From a virus: 64,000 nt of DNA. Below are positions 1-10,306 of the stretch, piece after piece. How positions within the stretch are numbered: position 1 is the stretch's first letter; each line of letters begins with the position of its first letter. The position numbers and the translations under genes are program-made. The stretch lies in IMG/VR virus record IMGVR_UViG_3300025834_000005. The stretch is one strand, 5' to 3'. The notes beneath the pieces were generated by a model. That model was not told the DNA's origin. It made no database searches and worked only from the letters and a program-made list of their open reading frames with translations.

Positions 1-1509
1 CATCAACATTTAACTGGCGGAACATCTTGCAGCTTGGGCTATAATACTTGGAAGATCAGAATTTTTAATGCTTCTGGGAATATAACTATTTGGAAAATCG
101 GAAAACCTAATAATGATTACGTAACATCATCACCTGTATTATCGGTAAATATTGGCGCATCATATATTACTAATTATGCTTCTACTTTTAGCATGAATAG
201 TGTGTATTGTTATAGATTAAATAAATGTGTAATTTCATCATTTATAGCATGTGGCGATTGTAATATGATGTTTTTATATTGTAACTCATTAAAATCGGTG
301 CAACTACCATCATCTTGGGGTGGCGTAAGTAATACAAATCAAATGTTTGTGAATTGTTATTCTTTAGAATCAATTAATATACCAGCAACTTGGGGCACTG
401 GTATTACTAATACGAGTCAAATGTTTCAGGGCTGTACGTCATTAACTACTTTAACATTGCCAGCAACATGGGGAAATAACATATCCAACGTATCAAGTAT
501 GTTTATAAATTGTTATTCGCTAAGTTCAATTACATTACCAACATCTTGGAATAACATATCCAACGTATCAAGTATGTTTCAGGGCTGTGGTTCGTTACAA
601 TCGATTACATTACCATCATCTTGGGGCGGTATATATAATATAGCTCAAATGTTTGTTAGTTGTACTTCCCTAAAAAGTGTTAACTTACCAGCAGTATGGG
701 GAGTTAGCATAACTTCAACTACAAGTTTGTTTAGTGGATGCGGTTCATTAAAAAATATAATCTTACCAACATCTTGGGGTAGTGTTAGCAATATTGTAAC
801 TATGTTTTACGGCTGTACAGCATTACAGTCTGTTACATTTCCAACATCTTGGGGCAGTGTTAGCAATATTGCAACTATGTTTTATAATTGCACTTCATTG
901 ATTACAATTACGTTTCCAACATCTTGGGGTGATATAACAAATGCGTCATCTGTGTTCCAGAACTGTACAGCATTACAGTCAGTTACATTACCAGCAACAT
1001 GGGGTAATGTAAATAATACTTCAAGCATGCTTTACGGATGTGCCTCATTAGCTTCTGTAGATTTAAGTAGCGGTACTAATAATATTACTAATTTTAGTTA
1101 TATGTTTTATAATTGTCCTACATTAAAATCCATAACGAACCTAAATACTCTTGGAAGCCTTATATCAACAGTAAATGGTGCTGGATTCCTTGGCTATTGC
1201 GCGTTATATAATTCACCAATTGTTATAACATCATTGCTTTCAAGTATTTCATTTTGCGGAAGTTATAATGGAAAAACAAAGATAACATCAATCAGACTTA
1301 CAAATGCAGCATCCACATTTACAGGTAGTGCGCCACATGTTGATGTTTCATATAATGAACTTTCGCAAGCAGCACTTGTAACATTATTTGGTGATCTACC
1401 TACACTTGTTGGAAAAACCATAAATATAACTCAGTGTACTGGTGCTGCCGCATTAACAGCAGGTGAAAGAGCAATTGCAACTGGAAAGGGTTGGACTATA
1501 ACTGGTTAA
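1..1509 (+). CDS. Leucine-rich-repeat (DUF285/BspA-like) virion surface or tail-fibre-associated protein, 5' end cut by window edge
   Basis: Frame is open from base 1, so the TTG at 34 is internal. Tandem ~24-25 aa units LPxxWGxxxNxxxMFxxCxSLxSI. Confidence 0.6.
   Translation, partial: HQHLTGGTSCSLGYNTWKIRIFNASGNITIWKIGKPNNDYVTSSPVLSVNIGASYITNYASTFSMNSVYCYRLNKCVISSFIACGDCNMMFLYCNSLKSVQLPSSWGGVSNTNQMFVNCYSLESINIPATWGTGITNTSQMFQGCTSLTTLTLPATWGNNISNVSSMFINCYSLSSITLPTSWNNISNVSSMFQGCGSLQSITLPSSWGGIYNIAQMFVSCTSLKSVNLPAVWGVSITSTTSLFSGCGSLKNIILPTSWGSVSNIVTMFYGCTALQSVTFPTSWGSVSNIATMFYNCTSLITITFPTSWGDITNASSVFQNCTALQSVTLPATWGNVNNTSSMLYGCASLASVDLSSGTNNITNFSYMFYNCPTLKSITNLNTLGSLISTVNGAGFLGYCALYNSPIVITSLLSSISFCGSYNGKTKITSIRLTNAASTFTGSAPHVDVSYNELSQAALVTLFGDLPTLVGKTINITQCTGAAALTAGERAIATGKGWTITG
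280..1150 (+). repeat. Tandem ~72-75 nt coding repeats (LRR units), some nearly identical
   Basis: 766-840 and 841-915 are near-identical. aacatatccaacgtatcaagtatgttt occurs at ~477 and ~553. Confidence 0.7.
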
Positions 1510-1570
1510 TTTGACAAGTAATTTATTATATCGATAATAATGGCATTGCTATGTCTGATTGTTATATACT

Positions 1571-1586
1571 TAGTATTTATATAAAA
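1571..1586 (+). promoter_or_regulatory. Recurrent phage motif TAGTATTTATAWAAA ~10-25 nt upstream of the start codon
   Basis: tagtatttatataaaa lies 11 nt before ATG 1597. The same motif occurs upstream of at least 10 other genes on both strands. Confidence 0.4.
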
Positions 1587-1596
1587 CAAATTATTA

Positions 1597-2691
1597 ATGA
1601 AAGCAGTAATTATAAAAGACGGCGTTACAACTGGCAGAGAATTCGCCAAAACTATTAATGATAATTTCGCAGAAAATACAGGCAAGATCGTAACATTAGA
1701 AAGCACTGCGAATGCTTTAACAGCAGCTGTTGAGGACGTATTACTTGAAAATGCAGCAATTGCTACAGGTATAACAGAATTACATCTTGTTGACGTTGAT
1801 TTACAAAATCAAATTACTTCTGGCTTTACTGAGTTACATCAGGCTAATATTGATCTCGGAATACGCATAGATGATATAGTTGTCGGAAGTGGTGGAACTT
1901 CAACAACCACATATACCAATTTAACTCCAACACCATCAGCTTTAGGTGGATGGGTTGCTGGTAGTACATTTTCAGGCGTGACAACACAGCAAATGTTTGA
2001 TGGTTTATTTTATCCATATCAAACACCGACATTGGGAAGTTTTGCTATTACAGGTCAAGTTGGGTTAGTTGAGGTTGGCACTAATTTATCAGGATCAAAA
2101 ACATTTACATGGTCGAAAACTAACAACTCGAATATTAAACCTAATATAGGCTTAATTAGAGATACTGGCGATAATTCTGTTGTTGAATCAGGAATCAATG
2201 TTTTTGGTCTTGCAAGTAAGATTAGTACATTAACAATAAATAATTCATCGCCGATTACAAAAACATATAGACTTGAGTCTGAAAATACTAACAATCAAAC
2301 AATTCTAAGTAGTTCATTTTCATTTAGGTCTATTTTTCCAGTATTTTCTGGATTTGTTACACAGGTTGGCAGACCATTATCATCAGCATTGAATATTGTT
2401 AATTCTAATAAGAGGATTGTACTTAGTAACGGTGATACAGTGTTTACAATTAATTCTGCCGCCACCGATTATAGTTGGGTAGCGATTCCTCAAACAGGAA
2501 ATACTCAGTATACAAACTGGTTTATTACTGCTCTTAATAGCGGTAGCATTGGGGGATCAAGCAACTTGTTTGATACAGGCGAAAGTATTTTATTAACATC
2601 AGCAACAGGGCTATGGACAAACATCCCTTATTGGATATACATTACAAATTATCGCACACCAATAGCATCAATAACTTTAAAACGATCATAA
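1597..2691 (+). CDS. Putative tail fibre or structural protein
   Basis: 364 aa ORF in the fibre operon. The N-terminus is heptad-like (TELHLVDVDLQNQITSGFTELHQANIDL) and the C-terminus is Ser/Thr/Asn-rich. Confidence 0.55.
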   Translation: MKAVIIKDGVTTGREFAKTINDNFAENTGKIVTLESTANALTAAVEDVLLENAAIATGITELHLVDVDLQNQITSGFTELHQANIDLGIRIDDIVVGSGGTSTTTYTNLTPTPSALGGWVAGSTFSGVTTQQMFDGLFYPYQTPTLGSFAITGQVGLVEVGTNLSGSKTFTWSKTNNSNIKPNIGLIRDTGDNSVVESGINVFGLASKISTLTINNSSPITKTYRLESENTNNQTILSSSFSFRSIFPVFSGFVTQVGRPLSSALNIVNSNKRIVLSNGDTVFTINSAATDYSWVAIPQTGNTQYTNWFITALNSGSIGGSSNLFDTGESILLTSATGLWTNIPYWIYITNYRTPIASITLKRS

Positions 2692-2692
2692 A

Positions 2693-4630
2693 ATGGCAAT
2701 ACAATTAAGTGATAATATAAGCATAAACGCAGCCAAACCAGATGGTGCAAGATATTTTAATAGAGCTAACAGACCTTACGAAAGTGTTCAACAGGTTTTA
2801 AGTGAACTTGCTCAATCTGTCTTACATGAAGGACTTACAGTCAATGTAATGGGAATCGAATATTGGTTTCCAGATGGTATTAATATAGAGGTTAAATCAT
2901 CAGGAACAGGTAGTGTAGGCGTTACAGACGTTACATATAATGAGTTGATTACTATGATTGACGACGGCGGATTGGTGACAGGTGCTCAATATCGTATAAC
3001 CGATTATAAGACAATTCATAATATGCTTGATTATGCTGATTTAAGCGTATTACTTGACTATGATAATTCTGTGCCAGCTCCTACTAATATAGTTGTTACG
3101 CCAAATGCTGTTGGGGCAAACCCTGTAACATATTATTGCGTTGCTTTCGGCTTATTTGATGTACGCTATAAATTGAATGATACGTATGTTTCACTATTTT
3201 CAGAAGAATTTACATATACCGAAGGCGATGACACAACGTCAACCATGATTAGTTATGATTTTGGCTATATTGATAATGTTGACCTTATCAATATTGTAAT
3301 ATTAAGGGGAATTGAATCTGGCGTGTATACGTCTTATTTGGATGGCATAAGTAAATATGAACCGCTGCCATATGATATGTACAGCCAATTTTCTATTGGC
3401 AATACATCAGATTATTATAATTATAGCGGCTACCCTATAAACGTTGTTAACACAGGTGATCCAGAAGCTTTAATTGTGACAGCTAATGATTCAAATTCAA
3501 TAGACAAGTTGGCACGATCAGAAACATATCCACAGGATATTATTTATTATGATTGGAATCCAGATAAATGGAAATTAGACTCAGCTTTTTCAAACTATAG
3601 TGATTTTAACAATAGTAATGCTGATAGCTTAACTATTGTTGATGGATTTAAAGGCGTAATTTATTTTAGACATGATACATATAATGATAATTATATGGGT
3701 TACGATTTTAGAAATGTTAAATATCGTAGATGGGAGATCATGGAAATGCCTTGGGAGGCTACAAATGTATATAACAAGGGTGTATATGTTACGTATAATA
3801 ATATTTTATATATTTCTATCTCTGAAAGTAATTTAGGCTTCACCCCTCAATTTAACAATCTTAAATGGGGTGGTGTATTAACTTTAACTGATAAATTTTT
3901 TGTAGCTGAGATGAATTATAGTAATGGTAAATTCCAAGCTGGATCGGCATATGTAGACGTCAAGACGTTTGATTTAGACCCAACATTAGGCAATACCGCA
4001 ACATATGAAAAATCATGCTTATCAAATCATTTTTCATCTTATAGAGATGATACTGATAAATGGAATTCTGTTGGAAGCATACTTACTAATAATGTGTTCT
4101 TTTTAAATACTGAACCTCAGATTTATATGAATGCTTATGGTTATAGCTTTGCTAATAACACATGTTTTGGTGCTTTTAATGATTCTAATGTGGGCGATAA
4201 TTGTCAGTTCAACCTATTTATTGGTGGTTTCAGTTTTAATAATGCTTTAACTAAATTTTATAATAATGTAGTGAAAAATATGGATTCCTGTGATATTGCT
4301 ACTAACTTTAATTATAATTTTATTGACAACAATGTTAGTAGCAATACTTTTAAAAATAACGTACAGAATAGTATATTCAATAATGGTTTTTACGGAAATA
4401 CTGTAAACAATAGCGTTAATGGCGTTGTTGTTAGTAGCTATGCATCAAAGTGCGTATTTGACGATGGGGTATCTAATATTAACTTAAACTCGAATACTGA
4501 AGTGTCTGATATGATCAGATACTCAAATTATAATCATAGAATATTTATAGGTAATGGTAACTCTGTTTTCATCGAATGGTTCGACGAATTCTATGATAAA
4601 AATATTTTACAAATTCAGAAAAATAATTAA
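2693..4630 (+). CDS. Tail fibre protein (shared N-terminal anchor, Asn-rich distal part)
   Basis: Starts 1 nt after the upstream stop. The first ~70 aa (MAIQLSDNISINAAKPDGARYFN..EYWFPDGINIEV) are paralogous to the N-terminus of 7679..10297. Confidence 0.6.
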   Translation: MAIQLSDNISINAAKPDGARYFNRANRPYESVQQVLSELAQSVLHEGLTVNVMGIEYWFPDGINIEVKSSGTGSVGVTDVTYNELITMIDDGGLVTGAQYRITDYKTIHNMLDYADLSVLLDYDNSVPAPTNIVVTPNAVGANPVTYYCVAFGLFDVRYKLNDTYVSLFSEEFTYTEGDDTTSTMISYDFGYIDNVDLINIVILRGIESGVYTSYLDGISKYEPLPYDMYSQFSIGNTSDYYNYSGYPINVVNTGDPEALIVTANDSNSIDKLARSETYPQDIIYYDWNPDKWKLDSAFSNYSDFNNSNADSLTIVDGFKGVIYFRHDTYNDNYMGYDFRNVKYRRWEIMEMPWEATNVYNKGVYVTYNNILYISISESNLGFTPQFNNLKWGGVLTLTDKFFVAEMNYSNGKFQAGSAYVDVKTFDLDPTLGNTATYEKSCLSNHFSSYRDDTDKWNSVGSILTNNVFFLNTEPQIYMNAYGYSFANNTCFGAFNDSNVGDNCQFNLFIGGFSFNNALTKFYNNVVKNMDSCDIATNFNYNFIDNNVSSNTFKNNVQNSIFNNGFYGNTVNNSVNGVVVSSYASKCVFDDGVSNINLNSNTEVSDMIRYSNYNHRIFIGNGNSVFIEWFDEFYDKNILQIQKNN

Positions 4631-4650
4631 TAAAAATATAAAAATATATT

Positions 4651-6363
4651 ATGGAAGCAACAACCACAACAACTTTAACACCAGCATTAGAATTAATATT
4701 TTTTAGCTTAGCAGATGCGGATACTTTAATTGGCGGATCATCATCCGATGTTAGTCTTTGGAATGCATTTTTTCAATTGCCAGATAATGGCAATCCCTTT
4801 ACATCTGTAACTACTGAATTCAATACGGTTAAATTAAGTGGCGGCTCAAGCATAAATATAGCACCTAATTTATTTGCGAATAGCACTGTATTATCATCAG
4901 TAAACGATTATGCTAACAGTGTAAAAATTATACGTAGCGGCGCATTTTTTAATGCTGATATATTGACTGAAATTAATTTACCTGCTGTTATCAGTATTGA
5001 CAATCAAGCATTTCAGGATTGTCAATACTTGAATGCTGTGATTATGCCTTCTGTAGCATCTATCAGTAATCAGTGTTTTATGAACTGTATAAATTTAGGC
5101 TATACCGATATTAAATCTGTTACATCTATTGGCGATTATGCTTTTTATGGTTGTACATCTTTGGGTAATATTAACATACCTGTTTGCACCTCTATTGGTA
5201 GTAGCACAGGCAATAATAATGTATTTACAGGTATAAATAGTCGTAATATTACTATAACAATTCCCTCATCATTGATGATAATAAATAACGGTAATCCTGA
5301 TGGGGATATTGTTGAATTACAAGCTCATAATTATGTTGGCGTGATTCAGATTTATCCAGCATTGGAGTTAACATTTGATGAGTTAAGTAATGCTGATTTA
5401 CTAATAGTAGGATCGTCATCAGATATATCTGTATGGAACGCATTCTTTGATTTGCCTAATTACGGCACGCCATTCACATCTGTTGCTGTTGATGGCAATA
5501 TAGTAAAATTATCTGGTTCATCGGATATTACTTTAAGGAATAATATTTTTTATTCAAACACGTCGATACTTTCAGTTGATGATAAGTCTAATTGCATTAC
5601 AACAGCTGGAGGTGATTGTTTTAATAGTTGTACAGCAGTAACAAGCTTCAGCTTACCAGCCTTAACAACTGCTGGATATAGCTGTTTTCAGAGTTGCACA
5701 GCAGCAACAAGCTTCAGCTTACCAGCCTTAACAACAGCTGGTGATGGCTGTTTTAATGGTTGCACAGCAACAAGTTTTAGTTTACCTGCTTTAACAACAG
5801 CTGGGTATAATTGTTTTTATAACTGTGTAGCAACAAGCTTTAGTTTACCAGCCTTAACAACAGCTGGTGATTTTTGTTTTAATAGTTGCACAGCTGCAAC
5901 AAGCTTTGATCTTAGCTCTTGTACTAATTTAGGCTCAACTGTCACAGATAATGAGATATTTGCTGGAATATCTGGTAATACTATTAGTTTAACAATACCA
6001 TCAGCCTTAATGACTATTAATGGTGGAAGTCCAGACGGTGATATTATTTATTTACAGTCTAATAACACTGTAACATTAAATTTAATACTCCTGATGGCGT
6101 TACAGAAGAAGATTCAGCCTAAAATATTTTTTAATCGTGATCCATCTGTCAATGATAATATGATTGCTGGTTTCTCAATTGGTCAGATTTGGCGTAACAC
6201 ATCAGCCAATAAAGAGTTTTTACATAGAACTGATGGTGAATGGATACCCTTAAGCTTTATTGTTAATAATTCATTTAATGGAATTCATGTTATAACGCAA
6301 GTAGACTTTGACGCATTGGTGACAATTGGTGAGAGTACAGTATATATAATAAAGAATACATAA
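4651..6363 (+). CDS. BspA-type leucine-rich-repeat protein (LRR_5-like) with internal duplication
   Basis: Motifs such as AFQDCQYLNAVIMPSVASISNQCFMNC and GDYAFYGCTSLGNINIP. An N-terminal ~65 aa block is duplicated at about nt 5359. Contains SFSLPALTTAG repeats. Confidence 0.6.
   Translation: MEATTTTTLTPALELIFFSLADADTLIGGSSSDVSLWNAFFQLPDNGNPFTSVTTEFNTVKLSGGSSINIAPNLFANSTVLSSVNDYANSVKIIRSGAFFNADILTEINLPAVISIDNQAFQDCQYLNAVIMPSVASISNQCFMNCINLGYTDIKSVTSIGDYAFYGCTSLGNINIPVCTSIGSSTGNNNVFTGINSRNITITIPSSLMIINNGNPDGDIVELQAHNYVGVIQIYPALELTFDELSNADLLIVGSSSDISVWNAFFDLPNYGTPFTSVAVDGNIVKLSGSSDITLRNNIFYSNTSILSVDDKSNCITTAGGDCFNSCTAVTSFSLPALTTAGYSCFQSCTAATSFSLPALTTAGDGCFNGCTATSFSLPALTTAGYNCFYNCVATSFSLPALTTAGDFCFNSCTAATSFDLSSCTNLGSTVTDNEIFAGISGNTISLTIPSALMTINGGSPDGDIIYLQSNNTVTLNLILLMALQKKIQPKIFFNRDPSVNDNMIAGFSIGQIWRNTSANKEFLHRTDGEWIPLSFIVNNSFNGIHVITQVDFDALVTIGESTVYIIKNT
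5641..5910 (+). repeat. 4.3 tandem copies of a 63/66-nt coding repeat (SFSLPALTTAGxxCFxxCTA)
   Basis: acaagcttcagcttaccagccttaacaac... repeats with few substitutions. Confidence 0.8.
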
Positions 6364-6382
6364 GCTTCTTAATAAAAAAAAT

Positions 6383-7480
6383 ATGTCTATAACAACATTT
6401 ATATCAACTTGGAATACTGTAAACATTAGTGCTGGGTCATCAGCAAATAATCAGATTATGCTTCCTCTCGCAAATGGTGGACATAATTTCATTGTCGATT
6501 GGGGTGACGGCAATACAGATACTATAACAGGCACTACGTCGCCAGAAAGAATACACACATATGCTTCAAGTGGAGTTTATACCATTCAAATTGACGGATT
6601 GATCAATGGTTGGAGTTTTAATAATATAGGCGATAAACTTAAACTATTAGATATTGTACAGTGGGGTGATTTACATATCGGAAATGGTGGATATTATTTC
6701 TGGGGTTGCTCAAATATGACGTGTTCAGCTACGGATAATTTGTATTTAGCTGAAACTAATTCAATGTTGTATATGTTCTACGGCTGTATTAATTTTAGTG
6801 GTAATCTTAGCGGATGGAATGTTAGCACCATATATAACATGAACGGTGCTTTCTATGCATGCGCTTTATTTAATAGTGATATTAGCGGATGGAACGTCTC
6901 AAATGTTGCTGACATGTATCAAACATTTTATGGATGCTCATCATTTAATAATAATATTAGCGGATGGATGTTCACGAGTCTATTAAATCTTCATAGCACA
7001 TTTGGTTGGTGCACATCCTTTAATCAGCCTATAGGTGCATGGGATGTTAGCCAAATGGTTGATATGTCAAATGCTTTTTATAATTGCAGCTCTTTTGATC
7101 AAGATTTAAGTGCATGGGATGTGTCAAGCGTTGCTGATATGACAGGCGTATTTCAAGGTTGCGGAATCTCTTCTGTTAATTATGATAAATTACTTGAATC
7201 GTGGGCATTATTATCTGTACAATCAAATGTCGTATTTGATGTCGCACCTTCTAAGTTCACATTCTCGGCTTTGGCATCGAGAGAAGTATTAAGATCATCA
7301 CCTAATAATTGGAGCATTACAGACGGCGGTATGATTGGCGATATTCCAACTACGTCAATTGGTAATCCTATTGGAGCATTCTTTGGCGTTGATAAGATAA
7401 TTTCAGTATATTTTAACGGCGATAAGATATATGATTGGAGTGGTAATGCCACTACAACCACGACAACTATAGCACCATAA
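6383..7480 (+). CDS. DUF285/BspA-like repeat surface protein
   Basis: Repeated FYxCxxFNxxISGWNVSxVxxMxxxF units, the 26-residue bacterial surface protein repeat pattern. Confidence 0.65.
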   Translation: MSITTFISTWNTVNISAGSSANNQIMLPLANGGHNFIVDWGDGNTDTITGTTSPERIHTYASSGVYTIQIDGLINGWSFNNIGDKLKLLDIVQWGDLHIGNGGYYFWGCSNMTCSATDNLYLAETNSMLYMFYGCINFSGNLSGWNVSTIYNMNGAFYACALFNSDISGWNVSNVADMYQTFYGCSSFNNNISGWMFTSLLNLHSTFGWCTSFNQPIGAWDVSQMVDMSNAFYNCSSFDQDLSAWDVSSVADMTGVFQGCGISSVNYDKLLESWALLSVQSNVVFDVAPSKFTFSALASREVLRSSPNNWSITDGGMIGDIPTTSIGNPIGAFFGVDKIISVYFNGDKIYDWSGNATTTTTTIAP

Positions 7481-7620
7481 GTAATTCCTGATGGAAATTA
7501 GAATGTATGATTATCATTAAAATCAATCAAAGCAATTGATGTGATATCAAAAAGGATTATTATTTGACTTAAGTCGTATTGTAATAATGCTTATAAATAT
7601 CGAGATATTGTAATAATATT

Positions 7621-7637
7621 AGTATTTATATTTAAAA
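7621..7637 (+). promoter_or_regulatory. Recurrent phage motif TAGTATTTATAW
   Basis: agtatttatatttaaaa followed by ATGAAAGCA, a near copy of the 1571-1605 region. The main fibre ATG is at 7679. Confidence 0.4.
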
Positions 7638-7678
7638 CTAATAATGAAAGCATTATCAACATCTAAAAATATAAAAAA

Positions 7679-10297
7679 ATGGCTATTGAATTAAATGATA
7701 ATATTAAAATATTAGCACCTAAACCCGATAGTTCACGATATTGGAATCTTGCCAACACGCCATATACTGATACGGTACAAGTATTGTCAGAAATACCTAT
7801 AGGATTACGATTTATCGGAATGCTTGTGAATGTTAATGGTACTGAATACTGGTTTAGAGACGGTATTAATCTCGAATTATATAATAAACCTTTAACTGGT
7901 CTGGATATGGTAGCGGCACTTCAAGCACTGCCATTAGCCGATAAATTAACAGCAAATGATATAACATATAATGCTGTATTATTGAAGACATTTCTGGATA
8001 ATTTAACAGGATCTAATCTTGGTGTACTTGAGATAGAAACGACGTATAATGGTAATTTTTTTAATGGAATGCGTGTAGCATTTTATGATAATACTGATAC
8101 GTTGATAAAAATTGTCGAAACTTTAACAGGATCTACACTGACGACGCTTCCCATTGGCGTTTACACTGCTGTATTACTGCCTCCTACAGGATATATTACA
8201 GATATGGTTACGATCACTGATGCTAATAATTCTGACAACGCTTCCACCGTAACAACAATTAGCGGAATAACTATTAATAGTAGCATTAAATGCACTATTA
8301 ATATTGTATTAGTTCCCGAAGCAATCCCTGTGCTCAATTATATGTTAATTAATAATGGCGATTTATTTTCATCAATTTCATTATTATCAATAACACCAAA
8401 TTCAGTTGGTGTTATTGATCAGTATATGCTTTCAGAGAGTTCAACATTTGCTGGCGCATTGTGGATTAACTATACAGGGGTTATAAATTATAATAAGGAC
8501 TATATTTCAGATATAACAGTAGTCCTTTATTTGAAATTAAGGAATTCTAAGGGCGTTAGTAATAGTGCAAGTGATAGTATAACCATGACAAATGGCTTCC
8601 ATCGTAGCGACGTGAGTGATACGTATAACTTATTAGGTGACGCTATTAACGCTGTTATTGCCGATTATAATGGTAATTTAACTCAAGATGTGATGATTAC
8701 TTGCGTTGGTATGACTATAAATACCAGAAATACTGGATCATATTTAATAGACGTAAATGCTCTAAATAAAAATTCAGATTATGTATTGATTATTGACGGG
8801 ACAAATAGACTAACACTGGACTGCGCAAGTCTTGGGGGAATACGAATAAAAGATAGTAAAAATATTCTAATTAATGATATAAATTTTATTAATGTGGGTT
8901 CGCAATTAACTGAAGCAGCACCTGAAGAACTTGCAGCTGTTTTTTCACAAGGAACTCCATTGAAACCCTGCAATAATATTGTTATAAAATCTTGCCATGT
9001 TGATTGTAGAGAGACTTACAACGGAATTACAAAGGACGGCAGTTATGGTTTTATCGCTAAAAATACTACGAATTTTAGCACTTTTGAAAATAATATCATA
9101 AATGCGGCTGCTGTGTTGATAAAATGTTCATTTGTTAATAATCTCAATGTCATAAAAAATATTTTTAGAGGTACACAAGTTATCGGTATTGTTAGCCAGC
9201 CTACATTAGTATTAAATACTAACGGTAAACGTGTATATATTTCTGATAATGACTTCAATGGCGATACATTTGACACTGGACTCATTATTGATGCCAGATA
9301 TGTGACAATAATTAGAAATAAATTCCACAGCCTCAATGGTGAATCAATTAGAATGATCAACACAACAAGAGGCGTTAGTCTTGATATAAGCTCCAATTCA
9401 TTTTATAACAACTTGTTAGTAGCTCCATATCCTTGGGTAAAATATACTATAATCCTTAATAATTATTTTGAAACAGTGAGATTTGTATCAAACACTTGTG
9501 AAATGAGAGGTGTAAATTATAGTGGAACTGGTGAATCTTTGATTAGAGGATATAATTGTACGATTAATAAATTAATATTTTCAAACAACATTATTTATAT
9601 TAATTGTCCAGATCCACGATACGCTAATAATACAAGCGGTGGTAATATATTGAATTTTAGTGATATTGTTACATTGGAGTCAAATAATAATATCTATTTA
9701 GACATATCTGCTGACAACAACACTTTAAATACGCCCATTATAACAACAGACACAACATCGACAACAGTGTTGAGATTCATGAACAAGATAAGTGATCTTA
9801 ATGCATTAGGCTATGAAATAGATTCAAGGGTTATACCAATTAATTCCGATTTATTTGTGAGTAAATTGGGTTATGATTACAAGCTAACAATCAATGGAAG
9901 CGTACTTGCCGTAAAATTGTCAGGCGATGTTAATGTTATTGATAATAATTATAAATTAACTGGCTCAACTGTTAATTCTGGCGCATTTGGTTATAATTAT
10001 AACGCTATTTCTGAGACGGATTTATCGACGGATTATATTGCCACTGATCTTGATACCGATACTGTTTATACGATAAATGACGTTATAAACGTATTGTCAA
10101 CACAAGAGCTTTTGTTTGAAACACTTAACAAGAATAGAACCGCTGTGCTTTCATGGAAAATAATAGATAGTTCTAATCAGCATATTGTAAATTCGTTATT
10201 AGGATTATCTGGGTTTGTATCTGTATTTTCAAATTTAAACCCTGATGGCACTTATTTATCAGATGCTTCATATAATATTGAAATAAATTTAATTTAA
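7679..10297 (+). CDS. Tail fibre or tailspike with predicted right-handed beta-helix domain (candidate depolymerase)
   Basis: 872 aa with the shared N-terminal anchor. Turns such as NILINDINFINVG, IVIKSCHVDC and VIKNIFRGTQV resemble parallel beta-helix repeats. Confidence 0.55.
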   Translation: MAIELNDNIKILAPKPDSSRYWNLANTPYTDTVQVLSEIPIGLRFIGMLVNVNGTEYWFRDGINLELYNKPLTGLDMVAALQALPLADKLTANDITYNAVLLKTFLDNLTGSNLGVLEIETTYNGNFFNGMRVAFYDNTDTLIKIVETLTGSTLTTLPIGVYTAVLLPPTGYITDMVTITDANNSDNASTVTTISGITINSSIKCTINIVLVPEAIPVLNYMLINNGDLFSSISLLSITPNSVGVIDQYMLSESSTFAGALWINYTGVINYNKDYISDITVVLYLKLRNSKGVSNSASDSITMTNGFHRSDVSDTYNLLGDAINAVIADYNGNLTQDVMITCVGMTINTRNTGSYLIDVNALNKNSDYVLIIDGTNRLTLDCASLGGIRIKDSKNILINDINFINVGSQLTEAAPEELAAVFSQGTPLKPCNNIVIKSCHVDCRETYNGITKDGSYGFIAKNTTNFSTFENNIINAAAVLIKCSFVNNLNVIKNIFRGTQVIGIVSQPTLVLNTNGKRVYISDNDFNGDTFDTGLIIDARYVTIIRNKFHSLNGESIRMINTTRGVSLDISSNSFYNNLLVAPYPWVKYTIILNNYFETVRFVSNTCEMRGVNYSGTGESLIRGYNCTINKLIFSNNIIYINCPDPRYANNTSGGNILNFSDIVTLESNNNIYLDISADNNTLNTPIITTDTTSTTVLRFMNKISDLNALGYEIDSRVIPINSDLFVSKLGYDYKLTINGSVLAVKLSGDVNVIDNNYKLTGSTVNSGAFGYNYNAISETDLSTDYIATDLDTDTVYTINDVINVLSTQELLFETLNKNRTAVLSWKIIDSSNQHIVNSLLGLSGFVSVFSNLNPDGTYLSDASYNIEINLI

Positions 10298-10306
10298 AAA
10301 TACGCT

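Noticed and set aside
34-1509. TTG start at 34 for the first ORF
   Set aside because: The frame has no stop back to base 1, so the gene most likely begins upstream of the window.
5641-5910. CRISPR-like regular repeats
   Set aside because: The repeats are contiguous with no spacers. They are in frame and encode LRR units of the 4651..6363 protein.
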